DNA of 64,000 nucleotides, taken from NCBI GenBank assembly GCA_016210055.1, contig JACQUZ010000088.1, forward strand, positions 6,446 to 70,445. Reading direction: 5' to 3'. The notes below the pieces were generated by a model. It ran no database searches. It worked only from the letters and a program-made list of their open reading frames with translations, and was not told where the DNA came from. The DNA is from Deltaproteobacteria bacterium (GTDB taxonomy: Bacteria > Myxococcota_A > Polyangia > Haliangiales > SHYZ01). Positions 26,776 to 36,585 of the stretch are shown piece by piece; position 1 is the stretch's first letter, and every line of letters starts with the position of its first letter. Made by a program: the position numbers and the translations under genes.

Positions 26776-29700
26776 TTACTCGATGTCATGCTCTGCCAGC
26801 CTGCGGTAAAACGTTCGCCGAGGAATGCCGAGCGCCTGGCATGCTCGCGACTTGTTCCACCCGTGCTTCTCAAGCGCCTCCACTATCTGTTGCTTCTCCC
26901 TTTCCAGGCGTTCCATCTTGGCCGAGACCGGAAGACCGGCTGCCTGAGCGCCTCGTGGCACGCCCCTCTCATCGTCGAACAGCAGCGAGAAATCCCCCAC
27001 ATCGAGGACCTCTGCATCAGCCATGACGCAGGCGTTCATCAACGCGTGCTCGAGCTGCCTCACGTTCCCCGGCCACGGGTACTCGCGCAGGCGCCGCATG
27101 GCCCGCCGGGTAATGCCCTTCTTCGACGTGCTCGTGCGCGCCGCGATCAGTGCCAGGAAGTGGTCCACGAGGAGCACCATGTCGTCTGCTCTCTCCTTGA
27201 GAGCCGGGAGGTAGATCGGGACGACATTCAGGCGGTAGAAGAGGTCCGCGCGGAATTTCCCAGCTGCCATGAGCTCGTCCAACGGGCGATTCGTCGCGCA
27301 GATGAGCCGCGCACAGGCGCGCACGTCCTCGGTGCTCCCGACCGGTCGGATCGTCTTCTCCTGGACCGCGCGGAGGATGGCCACCTGCATGCGCGGCGGC
27401 GTGTCTCCGACCTCGTCGAGGAACAGCGTCCCGCGATTCGCCACCTGGAACAACCCGCGGCGATTCCTGTCTGCACCGGTGAAAGCGCCGCGCACGTGCC
27501 CAAAAAGCTCGCTCTCGAGAAGAGACTCGGGAAGCGCGCCGCAGTTCACGCTCACCATGGGCTCCTTGGCTCGGGGGCCGTGCTGATGAATCGCGCGGGC
27601 GACCAGCTCCTTGCCCGTGCCGCTATCGCCGAGGATGAGCACGGGCGCATCGATCTTGGCGGTGCGTTCGATGAGCTGAAAGACCGACTCCATGGCCGGG
27701 GAACGGCCCACGATCCCAAATTGCCCCGTAGTCACCTGCAGCCGGCGGCGCGCCTGCTCCAAGTTGCTGCGGGTGATGGCCAGCTCTTCGGTGCGTTCCT
27801 CCAGGAGTTGCGTGCGCTCGGCAAGAAGTCCCTGGATCTCCCGGCTGGCGCGCGCCAGTTCCTCGGCGCGGCGCGCGTTTTCCTCGAGCAGGCGCGCGTT
27901 GCAAAGGAGGATTGCGACCTGGTCACCAAAGGCCAGGAGGAGCCGCAGGTCTGACTGGGTGAACCGCCCAGGTTGGAATCGACTTTCCATGTACAGCACG
28001 CCCGCAGGTCGCCCGACGACGTGAACGGGAATGCAGAGAATCGCCTCCAACTTCAGCGCGTGCACGGATCCGATTTCGGCGAGCTGAGGGTCTTGCCAAG
28101 CGCTCTGGCTGACGACGGGCTCGCCGGTCTTGAATACCTTTTCGGCGATGGACCTCGAGTAGGAAAGACTGCTGCCCGAGGCCGCCCTGGTCGAGGAGAG
28201 CTCTTCCATGGGCAGGTTGCGGGCGACCACCACGTCGAGCCGGTGCGCGTGAACGGCACCTTCCTCCCCGTGCGGCGCCAAGAGGAGGAACCCGCGCTCG
28301 GCGCCAGTGAGCTCCACGGCCGTGTCCATGGTGAGCTCGAGCAGGCGCGCCATGTCCCGCTCGCTGCTCATGCGCCGGTATATCTCGAGCAGTCGATACA
28401 GTCTTTCGGCATCAGGGGGGGCGCTCGCGGATGCGAGGGTGCGTAGTCCTCGCGGGGACCTGACCGAGCTGCGAAGGCTCCTGCGCCGGGGGTCTTGCCA
28501 GAACGAGGCTTGGTGTTGGGACGGGAGACCGCTTGCCATGGACTCGAGAATCGAGCAGGCCTGTGTCCGGTGCTCCTCGGCAGCGTGAGTACTCCCGAGG
28601 AGCGCGTGGACCGTCGATGCGGTGGCGTGGAGAGACCATGACGCGTGCCGCGCCCCCTCGAGACGCACGGCAGAGAGGGCGCCTTCTAGCTCGGAGAGCT
28701 GCTCCAGCGCCGACGACGTATTCCCCATGCGGGCGAGCAGCTCGGCGCGCAGCGCCAGGCGGCGCCCCCGGGACCCGGGGTCGGGGTCTTGCTGGAGCGC
28801 CTCGGCTTGAGAGAGCGCGTGGTCGCAAGCGGATGGCTCGGAATCGTCCCAGTGGCCGCCCCGGCGGCGCTTTTCCAGGTGGAGCTCCGCCAAGTCGAGC
28901 CAGGTCTCTGCGGCGTTCAAGCGGTCGCCAATCTTGACGAACAAGTCGCGAGCTGCCGAAAGATCACGTGCCGCGGCCGCCAGGTCGCCGCTCCGTGCCG
29001 ACAGAACCCCGAGGAGCGCGACGGCGCTCGCCTCGTAGAGGGGCAGGCGCAGTCGCCCGGCTGCGATGAGCACGGCACGAAGCTCCACGCGGGCCTGCTC
29101 CCATGCACCGATTTCGAGGAGAACGTGCGCCAGGTTCCGCCGGGCCCAGGTACCCGGCGCGAGGGCCCCCGCCGCATCGAGGAGCGACACCGCTGCAACC
29201 AGGTGTTCCAGGCACTTCCCATGATCCCCAGAATAGAAAAGGAGCGCCGCAAGGTTCATGCGCAGGGTCCCGATGCGGACCACGTCCCGCGCCTCCTCGG
29301 CCGCATGGAGCGCTGTGCGGTATTGCTCTTGCGCCCTCGCGTAGGCTCCCCTTCGCCAGGACAGGTTGGCCGCGTGGTTCCACAACGTGGCCGAGAGCTG
29401 CACGTTTCCCTGTGACCTGGCCCCCGTGGCGGCTTCCTCCAGCTCGAGCACCGCCGTGGGATCGTCCTCGAGCGTACCCCTGGCAAGCGCCCGTGCACAG
29501 GCGAGGTCAGGAGGAGGTGGCGTGTTCCCGAGATCAGCGACGGCGCGGTCGGCCACGTGCAGCGCGCGCGCAGCCTGACCGCGCTTGATGAGCACGTGGG
29601 TCAGCTCGCGCACCGCGGTAGAAGTGGCCTCGGACACGGGCCGACTCTCAGCGACCGCCGAGAGCAGGTCGCAGGCTCCGTCGAAGTCGCCTGCCTCGCT

Positions 29701-31920
29701 GCGTGCCCTGCCCAAGGTTAGGCGGGCCTGCGTGAGCTTCTCGCTCGCGATCTCCGGAGCCTCGAACAGGGGCGCGAGAGAGGCGGACGCGCGTGTCGCG
29801 TCACCCAGGAGGCGGGCTTGCTCCCCAATCTTCAGGCGGCAATCAATGGCGAGCGCCTCGTCGCAGAGGGGGAGAATGGCCTCGAAAAGCTCGAGCGCCG
29901 CGCTGTGATCTTGAGCCTCTGCGAGCCTGTCGGCAACCGCCATGGCCCTCGTGGTCCCTCGCTCGCGGTCCTGCGAAAGGACGTCATGGCGGGCGAGCAC
30001 CTCATCGCTCGCCCCCTCTGCCTCGAGCGCCCGTGCGCACTCCGCGTGCAATTCCCGCCTGGCATGAGGCGAGAGCCGGTCGTACACAACCCGGGCGGTG
30101 GCACGTCTTGCCACATGGAGGGCGAGCGAAGGGTCGTGCACGACGAGCCCCCGTTCCATGAGCGAGCATGCGCTTTTCATGAGCCCGCCAGGGTGCCCAC
30201 CGCCGAGGTGGCGAAGTATCTTTTCAGATCCCGGCCCTCCAAGGACCGCAAGGACAGACAAGAGCCGCGCTTCGTCTTCTGAGCACTCGAGGAGCTCTTG
30301 CTCGACGATCTCTTCGAGCCGAGAAGGCAGTCCGATCGTCTCGAGCGTCCCGTGCGGAAGCTCCCGCTCGCAGAGCTTCTTGAGGGTCTCGACGAGGTAA
30401 AGAGGGTTACCACCGGTGTGCTCGAGCAGCTTCTCTGCCAGGCGGTCGTCGCGAAGACCCAGAGCACTCTCGACGAGGGCTTGAACTTCGGTAAGGTCCA
30501 GAGGGCCAAGCACCACGCGCGGGATCTCCCCCATGGGGAGGAGGCCACTATCCGTGGCGACGGGCGCGTCGTGAGGGGAGGGCCGCCTCGCACACGCCAT
30601 GAAAAGTCGAGCATCCTTGGGCAGCGCGTGGGCCAGGTACCGAAGAAGCGCGCGTGACGTGGCGCTCGCGTGGTCCACGTCATCGGCCACGATGACCAAG
30701 GGAAACTCTCGAGTCACCTCTTCGAGGAACTGGGTGATCGCCGCAAAGTGCCCGAGCTGGGTCGGTGTCGAATCCGCGTCGGGCAGGGCACGGCCGCACA
30801 GCGCTGAGATCTGCGCCAGGGCGGCGCCCATGGCTCCCAGCGCCGTTCCCTGCGCGGAGGAATCGGCCCGGACCACCTCTGCGCCGGCGAGCTCGGCGCG
30901 GAACGTCAGCTCCAAGAGGGTGGTGCTTTTCCCAGTCCCAATGTCCCCAACGATTTCGACCAGGGGTGGGCCGTCATGACCGGCGAGTCGACGCTCGCAC
31001 ATGCGCTCGAGGATGCCCACTTGCGGACGGGCGCCAGGCAGCACGAGGACCGCGGATCGGCGGCGAGGTGGTGGACGCTTCGTCGCCGCAAGCTCGTCCG
31101 CACAGCACTCCAGGGCGGCGGCGGCCTCGGCGGCGGTGGGGAAACGCTCGTCAGGGTCGATCGCGACGAGCCGCAGGAAGGCCCGTGCCAGGGATTCTCG
31201 GACGCTTGGGATACGCTCGGCGAGCCCATGACGAGATGACGCCTGATGCCACGCGACGATGTCACCGCCCCGGGCCGAGCCCCACGGGAATCCTCCCGTG
31301 GCGAGCTCGAACAGCGTGATTCCAAGCGCGTAAAGGTCGGAGCGCCGATCCACTGGGCGTGCCGCGAGGATTTCGGGTGCAAGGTACGCGAGGGTTCCCG
31401 CGGCGATTCGGGCGTGCTCGACCGTGACGAGGCCGAAGTCGATAAGCTTGACCGAGCCAGACGCTTCGACGATGCAGTTCGCCGGCTTGAAGTCGCCATG
31501 CCGAAGTCCGGCCCGATGCAGCACGTCTAGCCCGCGAGCTGCGTCAGCGAGAAGGCGGCAGACGGTCGGCAGCTTGGGCTCGTAACCGAGATCGAAGGTG
31601 GCCTGCTTGAGATCCACGCCTTCCACCAAGTCGCGGGTGAGGAAGTAGCCCCCGTCGGTGAACAGCGAGCTTCCTGGCGGGATGCGGCCAAAATCGTACA
31701 CGCGGCAAAGCACTGGGTCGCGCAGGACCGCGAGAACCCGGAACTCCTCGCGCAAGCAGGCCAAGAGGCCGTCTTCTCCGCCCTTTGCAGGAAGGGCTTT
31801 CAGGGCCATCCGCACCCCGCCGTTGCCAGCCAGGAGGTCGAGGACCTCAAAGACACTCGCAGACGCACCTGTGCCGAGAGGCCGGACGAATTGATATCGG
31901 TTGCGAAGGAGAGTGCTCAC
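26776..31920 (-). CDS. Ser/Thr kinase - AAA/STAND - TPR - GAF - sigma54 activator - Fis HTH (1714 aa)
   Basis: HGDFKPAN, DFG, GTLAYLAPE; GDIGTGKS, GGNPLYL; GAF (AERGFLLL...CIPV); GDSGTGKE, ESELFGHVRGAFTGA, FLDEVG, WPGNVRQL; LGIPRRTFYRRL. Confidence 0.93.
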   Translation of the reverse strand: MSTLLRNRYQFVRPLGTGASASVFEVLDLLAGNGGVRMALKALPAKGGEDGLLACLREEFRVLAVLRDPVLCRVYDFGRIPPGSSLFTDGGYFLTRDLVEGVDLKQATFDLGYEPKLPTVCRLLADAARGLDVLHRAGLRHGDFKPANCIVEASGSVKLIDFGLVTVEHARIAAGTLAYLAPEILAARPVDRRSDLYALGITLFELATGGFPWGSARGGDIVAWHQASSRHGLAERIPSVRESLARAFLRLVAIDPDERFPTAAEAAAALECCADELAATKRPPPRRRSAVLVLPGARPQVGILERMCERRLAGHDGPPLVEIVGDIGTGKSTTLLELTFRAELAGAEVVRADSSAQGTALGAMGAALAQISALCGRALPDADSTPTQLGHFAAITQFLEEVTREFPLVIVADDVDHASATSRALLRYLAHALPKDARLFMACARRPSPHDAPVATDSGLLPMGEIPRVVLGPLDLTEVQALVESALGLRDDRLAEKLLEHTGGNPLYLVETLKKLCERELPHGTLETIGLPSRLEEIVEQELLECSEDEARLLSVLAVLGGPGSEKILRHLGGGHPGGLMKSACSLMERGLVVHDPSLALHVARRATARVVYDRLSPHARRELHAECARALEAEGASDEVLARHDVLSQDRERGTTRAMAVADRLAEAQDHSAALELFEAILPLCDEALAIDCRLKIGEQARLLGDATRASASLAPLFEAPEIASEKLTQARLTLGRARSEAGDFDGACDLLSAVAESRPVSEATSTAVRELTHVLIKRGQAARALHVADRAVADLGNTPPPPDLACARALARGTLEDDPTAVLELEEAATGARSQGNVQLSATLWNHAANLSWRRGAYARAQEQYRTALHAAEEARDVVRIGTLRMNLAALLFYSGDHGKCLEHLVAAVSLLDAAGALAPGTWARRNLAHVLLEIGAWEQARVELRAVLIAAGRLRLPLYEASAVALLGVLSARSGDLAAAARDLSAARDLFVKIGDRLNAAETWLDLAELHLEKRRRGGHWDDSEPSACDHALSQAEALQQDPDPGSRGRRLALRAELLARMGNTSSALEQLSELEGALSAVRLEGARHASWSLHATASTVHALLGSTHAAEEHRTQACSILESMASGLPSQHQASFWQDPRRRSLRSSVRSPRGLRTLASASAPPDAERLYRLLEIYRRMSSERDMARLLELTMDTAVELTGAERGFLLLAPHGEEGAVHAHRLDVVVARNLPMEELSSTRAASGSSLSYSRSIAEKVFKTGEPVVSQSAWQDPQLAEIGSVHALKLEAILCIPVHVVGRPAGVLYMESRFQPGRFTQSDLRLLLAFGDQVAILLCNARLLEENARRAEELARASREIQGLLAERTQLLEERTEELAITRSNLEQARRRLQVTTGQFGIVGRSPAMESVFQLIERTAKIDAPVLILGDSGTGKELVARAIHQHGPRAKEPMVSVNCGALPESLLESELFGHVRGAFTGADRNRRGLFQVANRGTLFLDEVGDTPPRMQVAILRAVQEKTIRPVGSTEDVRACARLICATNRPLDELMAAGKFRADLFYRLNVVPIYLPALKERADDMVLLVDHFLALIAARTSTSKKGITRRAMRRLREYPWPGNVRQLEHALMNACVMADAEVLDVGDFSLLFDDERGVPRGAQAAGLPVSAKMERLEREKQQIVEALEKHGWNKSRACQALGIPRRTFYRRLAEHDIE

Positions 31921-32001
31921 TTAGGCACAGATTGGCACGCCTGTGGCCATGTAGGGAAGGGGCAAGGGACCGCTTGTATTTTAGGCAATCCACCCGGGCT
32001 G

Positions 32002-33192
32002 TTAGCGCACCAGGCGAAGCACGGTAAGGGAAGCCGAAAGGACGATAACCAGTGCCAGGGCGATGCCGAGCCACGCCTCCCACCCGAGGCGCCCATGCGC
32101 TCTCCGCGAGAGGATGGACTCCGTGGCGTGGTCGGCTTGGACCGGGGCATCTCCTGCGTGGCGCCCCACCAGCTCTACCGTAGGGAGAAGCGCAAGGTCT
32201 TGCGCAGGCTTCGGTCCTTGCAACGGAGCCGTGTCCGCGCTCCTGCATGTTCCGCGTGCAGGTGGTACCCAGCGCTGAACGAGCGCCGCCAGCTCCTCGC
32301 GCGAGAAGTGGGGAGCCGTGTTGCCCAAGTACGTCGAGAGCGCAAGAACCATGGCTCGAGCGGTCGGGTACCTCTCGTCACGCCGAAACGAGAGGGCGCG
32401 CATGGCGATCGCTTCCAGCTCACGCGGCGCCGAGGGATTCAAGACCGAAGGGGGAAGGGCCTTCGCCCCCTGGAGACGGGCCATGACCGCCGGTTCGGAT
32501 TGGTCTGGAAATGGCACCTGGCCAGCGAGGAGCTCATAGAGGATCGCCCCTAGGGCGAACACGTCGGCCCGCGCGTCCACGGGCTCACCCGCGAGCTGCT
32601 CGGGTGCCATGTAGACGAGCTTTCCGAGCACCATCCCGCTCGCCGTGCGGACCTCGCGTCCACGGGCTAGAGCAATGCCGAAATCCGTGATCTTCACTTC
32701 TCCGGCGCGCGACAAGAGGACGTTCTGCGGGGACATGTCGCGGTGGACGATGCCGAGCCACTCCCCCCGGCGCCCCCGCGCTTCGTGCGCGTGCGCCAGG
32801 CCCCGGGCTGCTTCTGCTAGCACGAAGGCGCAGGCAGCGGCGGGGAGCCGCATGGAGGCCGAAGCCATGCGGTTGGAGAGGGCGCCCAAGTCCAGTCCGT
32901 CGACGTGCTCCATTGCCAAGTAGGGGCGCCCATCCATTTCGCCAAGCTCGAAAACCTGGGCAATACATGCGTGCGACAGCATGCTCGTCACGCGCGCCTC
33001 CTCCTTGAACCTCCTTACGAGCTCCGCGCTTTCGCCCAGGGCAGGGAGCATGCGTTTTAGCGCGACCGGCTTGGCAAACCCCGCGTTTCCGCAAAGAACC
33101 GCTCGATGCACCTCGGCCATTCCGCCAGAGCCGATTCGCTCCATGAGCAAGAACTTCCCGTGCCGGGAAGGGGTTGGCATTGAAGAATCCAC
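32002..33192 (-). CDS. Membrane-anchored Ser/Thr protein kinase
   Basis: IGSGGMAEV, VALK, HRDMSPQN, DFGIA, GKLVYMAPE; C-terminal TM helix. Confidence 0.93.
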   Translation of the reverse strand: MDSSMPTPSRHGKFLLMERIGSGGMAEVHRAVLCGNAGFAKPVALKRMLPALGESAELVRRFKEEARVTSMLSHACIAQVFELGEMDGRPYLAMEHVDGLDLGALSNRMASASMRLPAAACAFVLAEAARGLAHAHEARGRRGEWLGIVHRDMSPQNVLLSRAGEVKITDFGIALARGREVRTASGMVLGKLVYMAPEQLAGEPVDARADVFALGAILYELLAGQVPFPDQSEPAVMARLQGAKALPPSVLNPSAPRELEAIAMRALSFRRDERYPTARAMVLALSTYLGNTAPHFSREELAALVQRWVPPARGTCRSADTAPLQGPKPAQDLALLPTVELVGRHAGDAPVQADHATESILSRRAHGRLGWEAWLGIALALVIVLSASLTVLRLVR

Positions 33193-33279
33193 GGCAATGG
33201 CTTTATAGCGTACCCGTGGGGGGATGTTCGCTCGTTATATGTATTGACGCCTGACAGTGGTCCCGAATACGTTTCCCGG

Positions 33280-36200
33280 GTGCGGCGCTCGTGGCTTTTC
33301 CTGACGTTCGTGGTGCTATGTGCTGGTTGCCAGAAGAAGCTTGATACGGAGCGGAAGCCGGTCGACACGGGGACCCTCGGCGAAACCGTGTACACGCTCA
33401 CGTGCAAGCGCATCGCGTACAAGGAGGATCTCGTCGACGGCGACGGGGTGGTCGACGTGGCGGGTGACAAGTACCGGGACGCCTGCCGCCATGGCACCGA
33501 GCTTCCGACGGATAGTTATTCGTCGATACGCGCGCTCCATGCCAGCCGCAAGGGTCTAATCGACGCCATTGACGCAATCTTTCCGTCCGCATTTCTGCCC
33601 GAATTGCAGGCGTACCTGTCTTCCAACGAGTTCCTGCGTCTCTATGACAACGGGACCGTCGAGAAATCGACGGGCAAGCTGGTCGAGCTGTTCGAGCTCC
33701 TCGCGTCTGACCCCGACTTTGCGCCGGCGTTGGCGCGTCTCGAGGGTAGGCTTGGTTACCGGCCCTTGGCCGCGGCCATGGGGGTCGTGCGGGCGGTCGC
33801 CAAGTACGATGGGCTCGAGCACCTCCTAAAAGTGCTCGTGGATGCCATTAGCGAGGGAGGGTCGGCAAGGAAGGAATTCCAAGGCCTGGCACGCGCCCTT
33901 GCCCGCGGGCTTCAGAACGCCGAGAAGACCGAAAACCCCGCTTCTTCCGACCGTTCCCTCCGCTTGGCGTTGGGCCTTCTCTTGGACGAGTCGGCGTTCC
34001 TAGGGACTGGGCGGCCGCATCCCCTGGTGCAAAGAGACGTCCGGGGACTTGCACTGGTGGCCCAGGATCCGTCGACGAGCCAGCTCCCGGAGCCGTTTGC
34101 AGACATGGATGGCGACAGTTTTGCCGACGCCGATTCCATGGGGCGGTTCATAGACGAGAGTGGCCAGAAGGTCACCGCGCCCTCACCATTTCCCACGCCC
34201 GAGATCACAGACAACGCGCCCGCCCGCGACGACATGGGGCGAGCGCTCGTCGCGCCAGCAGGGCCCGCAATGTATCGCTACCGCGACCTCGATCGGTCGC
34301 TCCTCGGGGCCCTCCTACGGGAGGCCCCGAAGATCCTCGATCCGCAGCGCGGGACGGGCTTGAATCTCCTGCGTGGCGCCTCGGCGCTCGTCGGGCCAAG
34401 GCTCCTCGTGCGACGAGGCTATGCGAGCGGGGGCGAGCTCGAGTACCGCGGGTATGACACAGCCTCATCGCCGCTCCTCGACATCATCCATGGCGCCCTG
34501 TCCATGGTCGCCTACCGTGATATCGACGACACGCTCGCGCTGGTGCGCAAGCTCTTGGTCGAGCACGAGTCGCAGGCATCCAGGTTGTTCGAGGCCGCCA
34601 TGGCGGTCGCTGATCTTGGCGATTTCTACCCTTCCGCCCGCCTGGAGCCGAAAACCGAGCTTTTCGACGATCTCGCGGGCGTGGTCAATGAGATCCTGGC
34701 TGTGCCCGGGCTGGCCGAAGATCTCATGCGTGCTCTCGAGCTTCCCCAGGTACAGGAGCTCGCAAAGCGATTCCGGGACTTCATGCTGTACAAGGATCAG
34801 ATCAACGTCGACTCGTCCGGTTCGCCATACCCGCTCACGGGGAGCCTAAAGACGAAAGTCGATAGGAGCCAGCAGGACTCTGGCTACAACCGTTCCCTGA
34901 TGCAGCGGCTCCTGCACCTGATTTATGACTCGGATGGGCTGGAGGTGTGCAGCAAGGCAGGAGCGGTGATTAAGGATCCGATTACTAATTGGATAACGCT
35001 CGCCACGTACGACAAGCGCTGCGACCTCATGAAAATTCCCAACCTCGCTGTCTTCTACCTGCAGTCCATCGTCTACCTCAAGGACCAGAACGGCAACGTG
35101 GTTCACGACAAGAAAGGCCGCCCGGTTCCAAAGGCTGACCTGAAGCTCAACCTGAAGCCACTTGGTATCGCCGCAAGGCTCGTCACCGACGACCTCCTCG
35201 AGGACGAATCGGGAATCGACGGATTCCGCCACCACCCCACGCCCCACGCACTGAACCGCGTCCTCCTAGTAGACCCATCGCCCGAGTTCATCGCGAACAC
35301 GATGGATCCGATCGTCTGCAAGGATGGCGACACATTCATCGCCGCGCACAACGGCACGTTGCCCGTCTGGGAGCTGAACGGGTTCTACGACCAGATCCGG
35401 CCCATTGCGCAGGCGTTCGCGGATCACGAGGCCGAATACCTTTTCATTAAGGTGCTTTCCGTCTTGCACACCCACTATCCGTCGACAAAGTCGCTCCAGC
35501 ATCAGCCCACCGGGCACGGCGCGGCCAAGCGATCGAACCTCCAGTCCTACGAGCCCATGCTCGCGGAGATCATCGACAAGCAGGATCTTTGGAACGCAAT
35601 CACCGAAGGCTCCCGCGTCATCAACCAGATTTCAATCGGGTCCAAGAAGGCTCCCCAAGTCCTAATAGCTGCGGCGCGCTACCTCTTTTCCGCCCAAGAC
35701 GGGCTCGCGAACCGTCGGGGCGAGACCGCGACCAAGACAGAAGGGGGTACGCCCGTGCCCAAGCTGTCGCCTTGGCACCTCCTCGCCGATGCCTACAAGG
35801 CCAAGCGCGCTCGCCTGGTCGAGGCCGGGCCCGAGGGAGAAGCCTGGGAGGGGTCGACCTCCGAGCTCGTAGACCTCCTCATGAGGGGCATCAAGACTGG
35901 CTCGGAATGGCGGTTCAAGAACCCACGCTTCCGAGGAATTGCCGTGCGCCTGGTCGATTTCCTCACGGCCCGGATCGCGGCCCACCGCGAGAAGGGCGAC
36001 TTGACCTCCTGGTCTCGCGAGGTCCTTCCCAGCGACGCCGAGGAAATCCTGTCGGGCCCGGTGTTCGCTGGGGCGGCGGACTTCGTGCTGTCCCTGCAGG
36101 CGATCCCCGAGGCGCGGGCAGCACTCGAGGATCTCGGTGCGTACCTCACCGACGAAGCAGAGCAAGACCCCTCGTTCCAGGCTTCCCTCACGGCGGCCGC

Positions 36201-36585
36201 GGACATTGCCCAGTTGTTCCTCGACGATCCTGACGTGATTCCAATCGCTCGTGTCGCTGGAAAGGTGCTCGATCCAGAATTCGGACTCGTCGACGAGACG
36301 CTCAAGTTCCTCCAGGGTGCCCGTCACGCCGATCCGACGGGCACGCTGGTCAAGATCATTCGCCAGGCCCTCGACGAGCGAGTCCCAGGCCGCACGTCCA
36401 TTGGGGAGATCATCGACGACATCTGCGAGGTCAATCGCCAGGCTCCTTGGCGCGACCTTGGCGCTCCCATGACGGAGGGGGATTTCCGCGCGGTTTTCTC
36501 TGCGCTGGCGGATTTCTTGGGCGAGGAGAAGCGCGGCCTCATGAAGTTCATCCGCATCGTGAAAGAACGAAACGTCGATGAGTAG
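33280..36585 (+). CDS. Very large hypothetical lipoprotein (~1100 aa)
   Basis: Lipobox LCAGC after GTG 33280, which follows TTGACG-N18-TACGTT; DGDGVVD and DMDGDSFAD Ca-binding-like motifs; largely helical; strong coding-type codon bias. Confidence 0.8.
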   Translation: MRRSWLFLTFVVLCAGCQKKLDTERKPVDTGTLGETVYTLTCKRIAYKEDLVDGDGVVDVAGDKYRDACRHGTELPTDSYSSIRALHASRKGLIDAIDAIFPSAFLPELQAYLSSNEFLRLYDNGTVEKSTGKLVELFELLASDPDFAPALARLEGRLGYRPLAAAMGVVRAVAKYDGLEHLLKVLVDAISEGGSARKEFQGLARALARGLQNAEKTENPASSDRSLRLALGLLLDESAFLGTGRPHPLVQRDVRGLALVAQDPSTSQLPEPFADMDGDSFADADSMGRFIDESGQKVTAPSPFPTPEITDNAPARDDMGRALVAPAGPAMYRYRDLDRSLLGALLREAPKILDPQRGTGLNLLRGASALVGPRLLVRRGYASGGELEYRGYDTASSPLLDIIHGALSMVAYRDIDDTLALVRKLLVEHESQASRLFEAAMAVADLGDFYPSARLEPKTELFDDLAGVVNEILAVPGLAEDLMRALELPQVQELAKRFRDFMLYKDQINVDSSGSPYPLTGSLKTKVDRSQQDSGYNRSLMQRLLHLIYDSDGLEVCSKAGAVIKDPITNWITLATYDKRCDLMKIPNLAVFYLQSIVYLKDQNGNVVHDKKGRPVPKADLKLNLKPLGIAARLVTDDLLEDESGIDGFRHHPTPHALNRVLLVDPSPEFIANTMDPIVCKDGDTFIAAHNGTLPVWELNGFYDQIRPIAQAFADHEAEYLFIKVLSVLHTHYPSTKSLQHQPTGHGAAKRSNLQSYEPMLAEIIDKQDLWNAITEGSRVINQISIGSKKAPQVLIAAARYLFSAQDGLANRRGETATKTEGGTPVPKLSPWHLLADAYKAKRARLVEAGPEGEAWEGSTSELVDLLMRGIKTGSEWRFKNPRFRGIAVRLVDFLTARIAAHREKGDLTSWSREVLPSDAEEILSGPVFAGAADFVLSLQAIPEARAALEDLGAYLTDEAEQDPSFQASLTAAADIAQLFLDDPDVIPIARVAGKVLDPEFGLVDETLKFLQGARHADPTGTLVKIIRQALDERVPGRTSIGEIIDDICEVNRQAPWRDLGAPMTEGDFRAVFSALADFLGEEKRGLMKFIRIVKERNVDE

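Noticed and set aside
26380-27954. Long antisense or alternate-frame ORFs (also 11886-13223, 13817-15259, 22375-23751, 53240-54547, 56448-57971, 60315-61562)
   Set aside because: They overlap genes with clear family motifs, have no motifs of their own, and are the shadow ORFs expected in high-GC DNA
20825-31920. STAND ATPases as an Avs-type anti-phage system
   Set aside because: The effector domains are kinase and sigma54 modules typical of myxobacterial signalling; no nuclease, TIR or SIR2 domain and no defence-island context
31933-31947. sigma54-like TGGCACG-N4-TGGC on the + strand
   Set aside because: It points antisense into a kinase gene, and the same bases read as an extended -10 (TGCCAATCT) for the minus-strand gene starting at 31920
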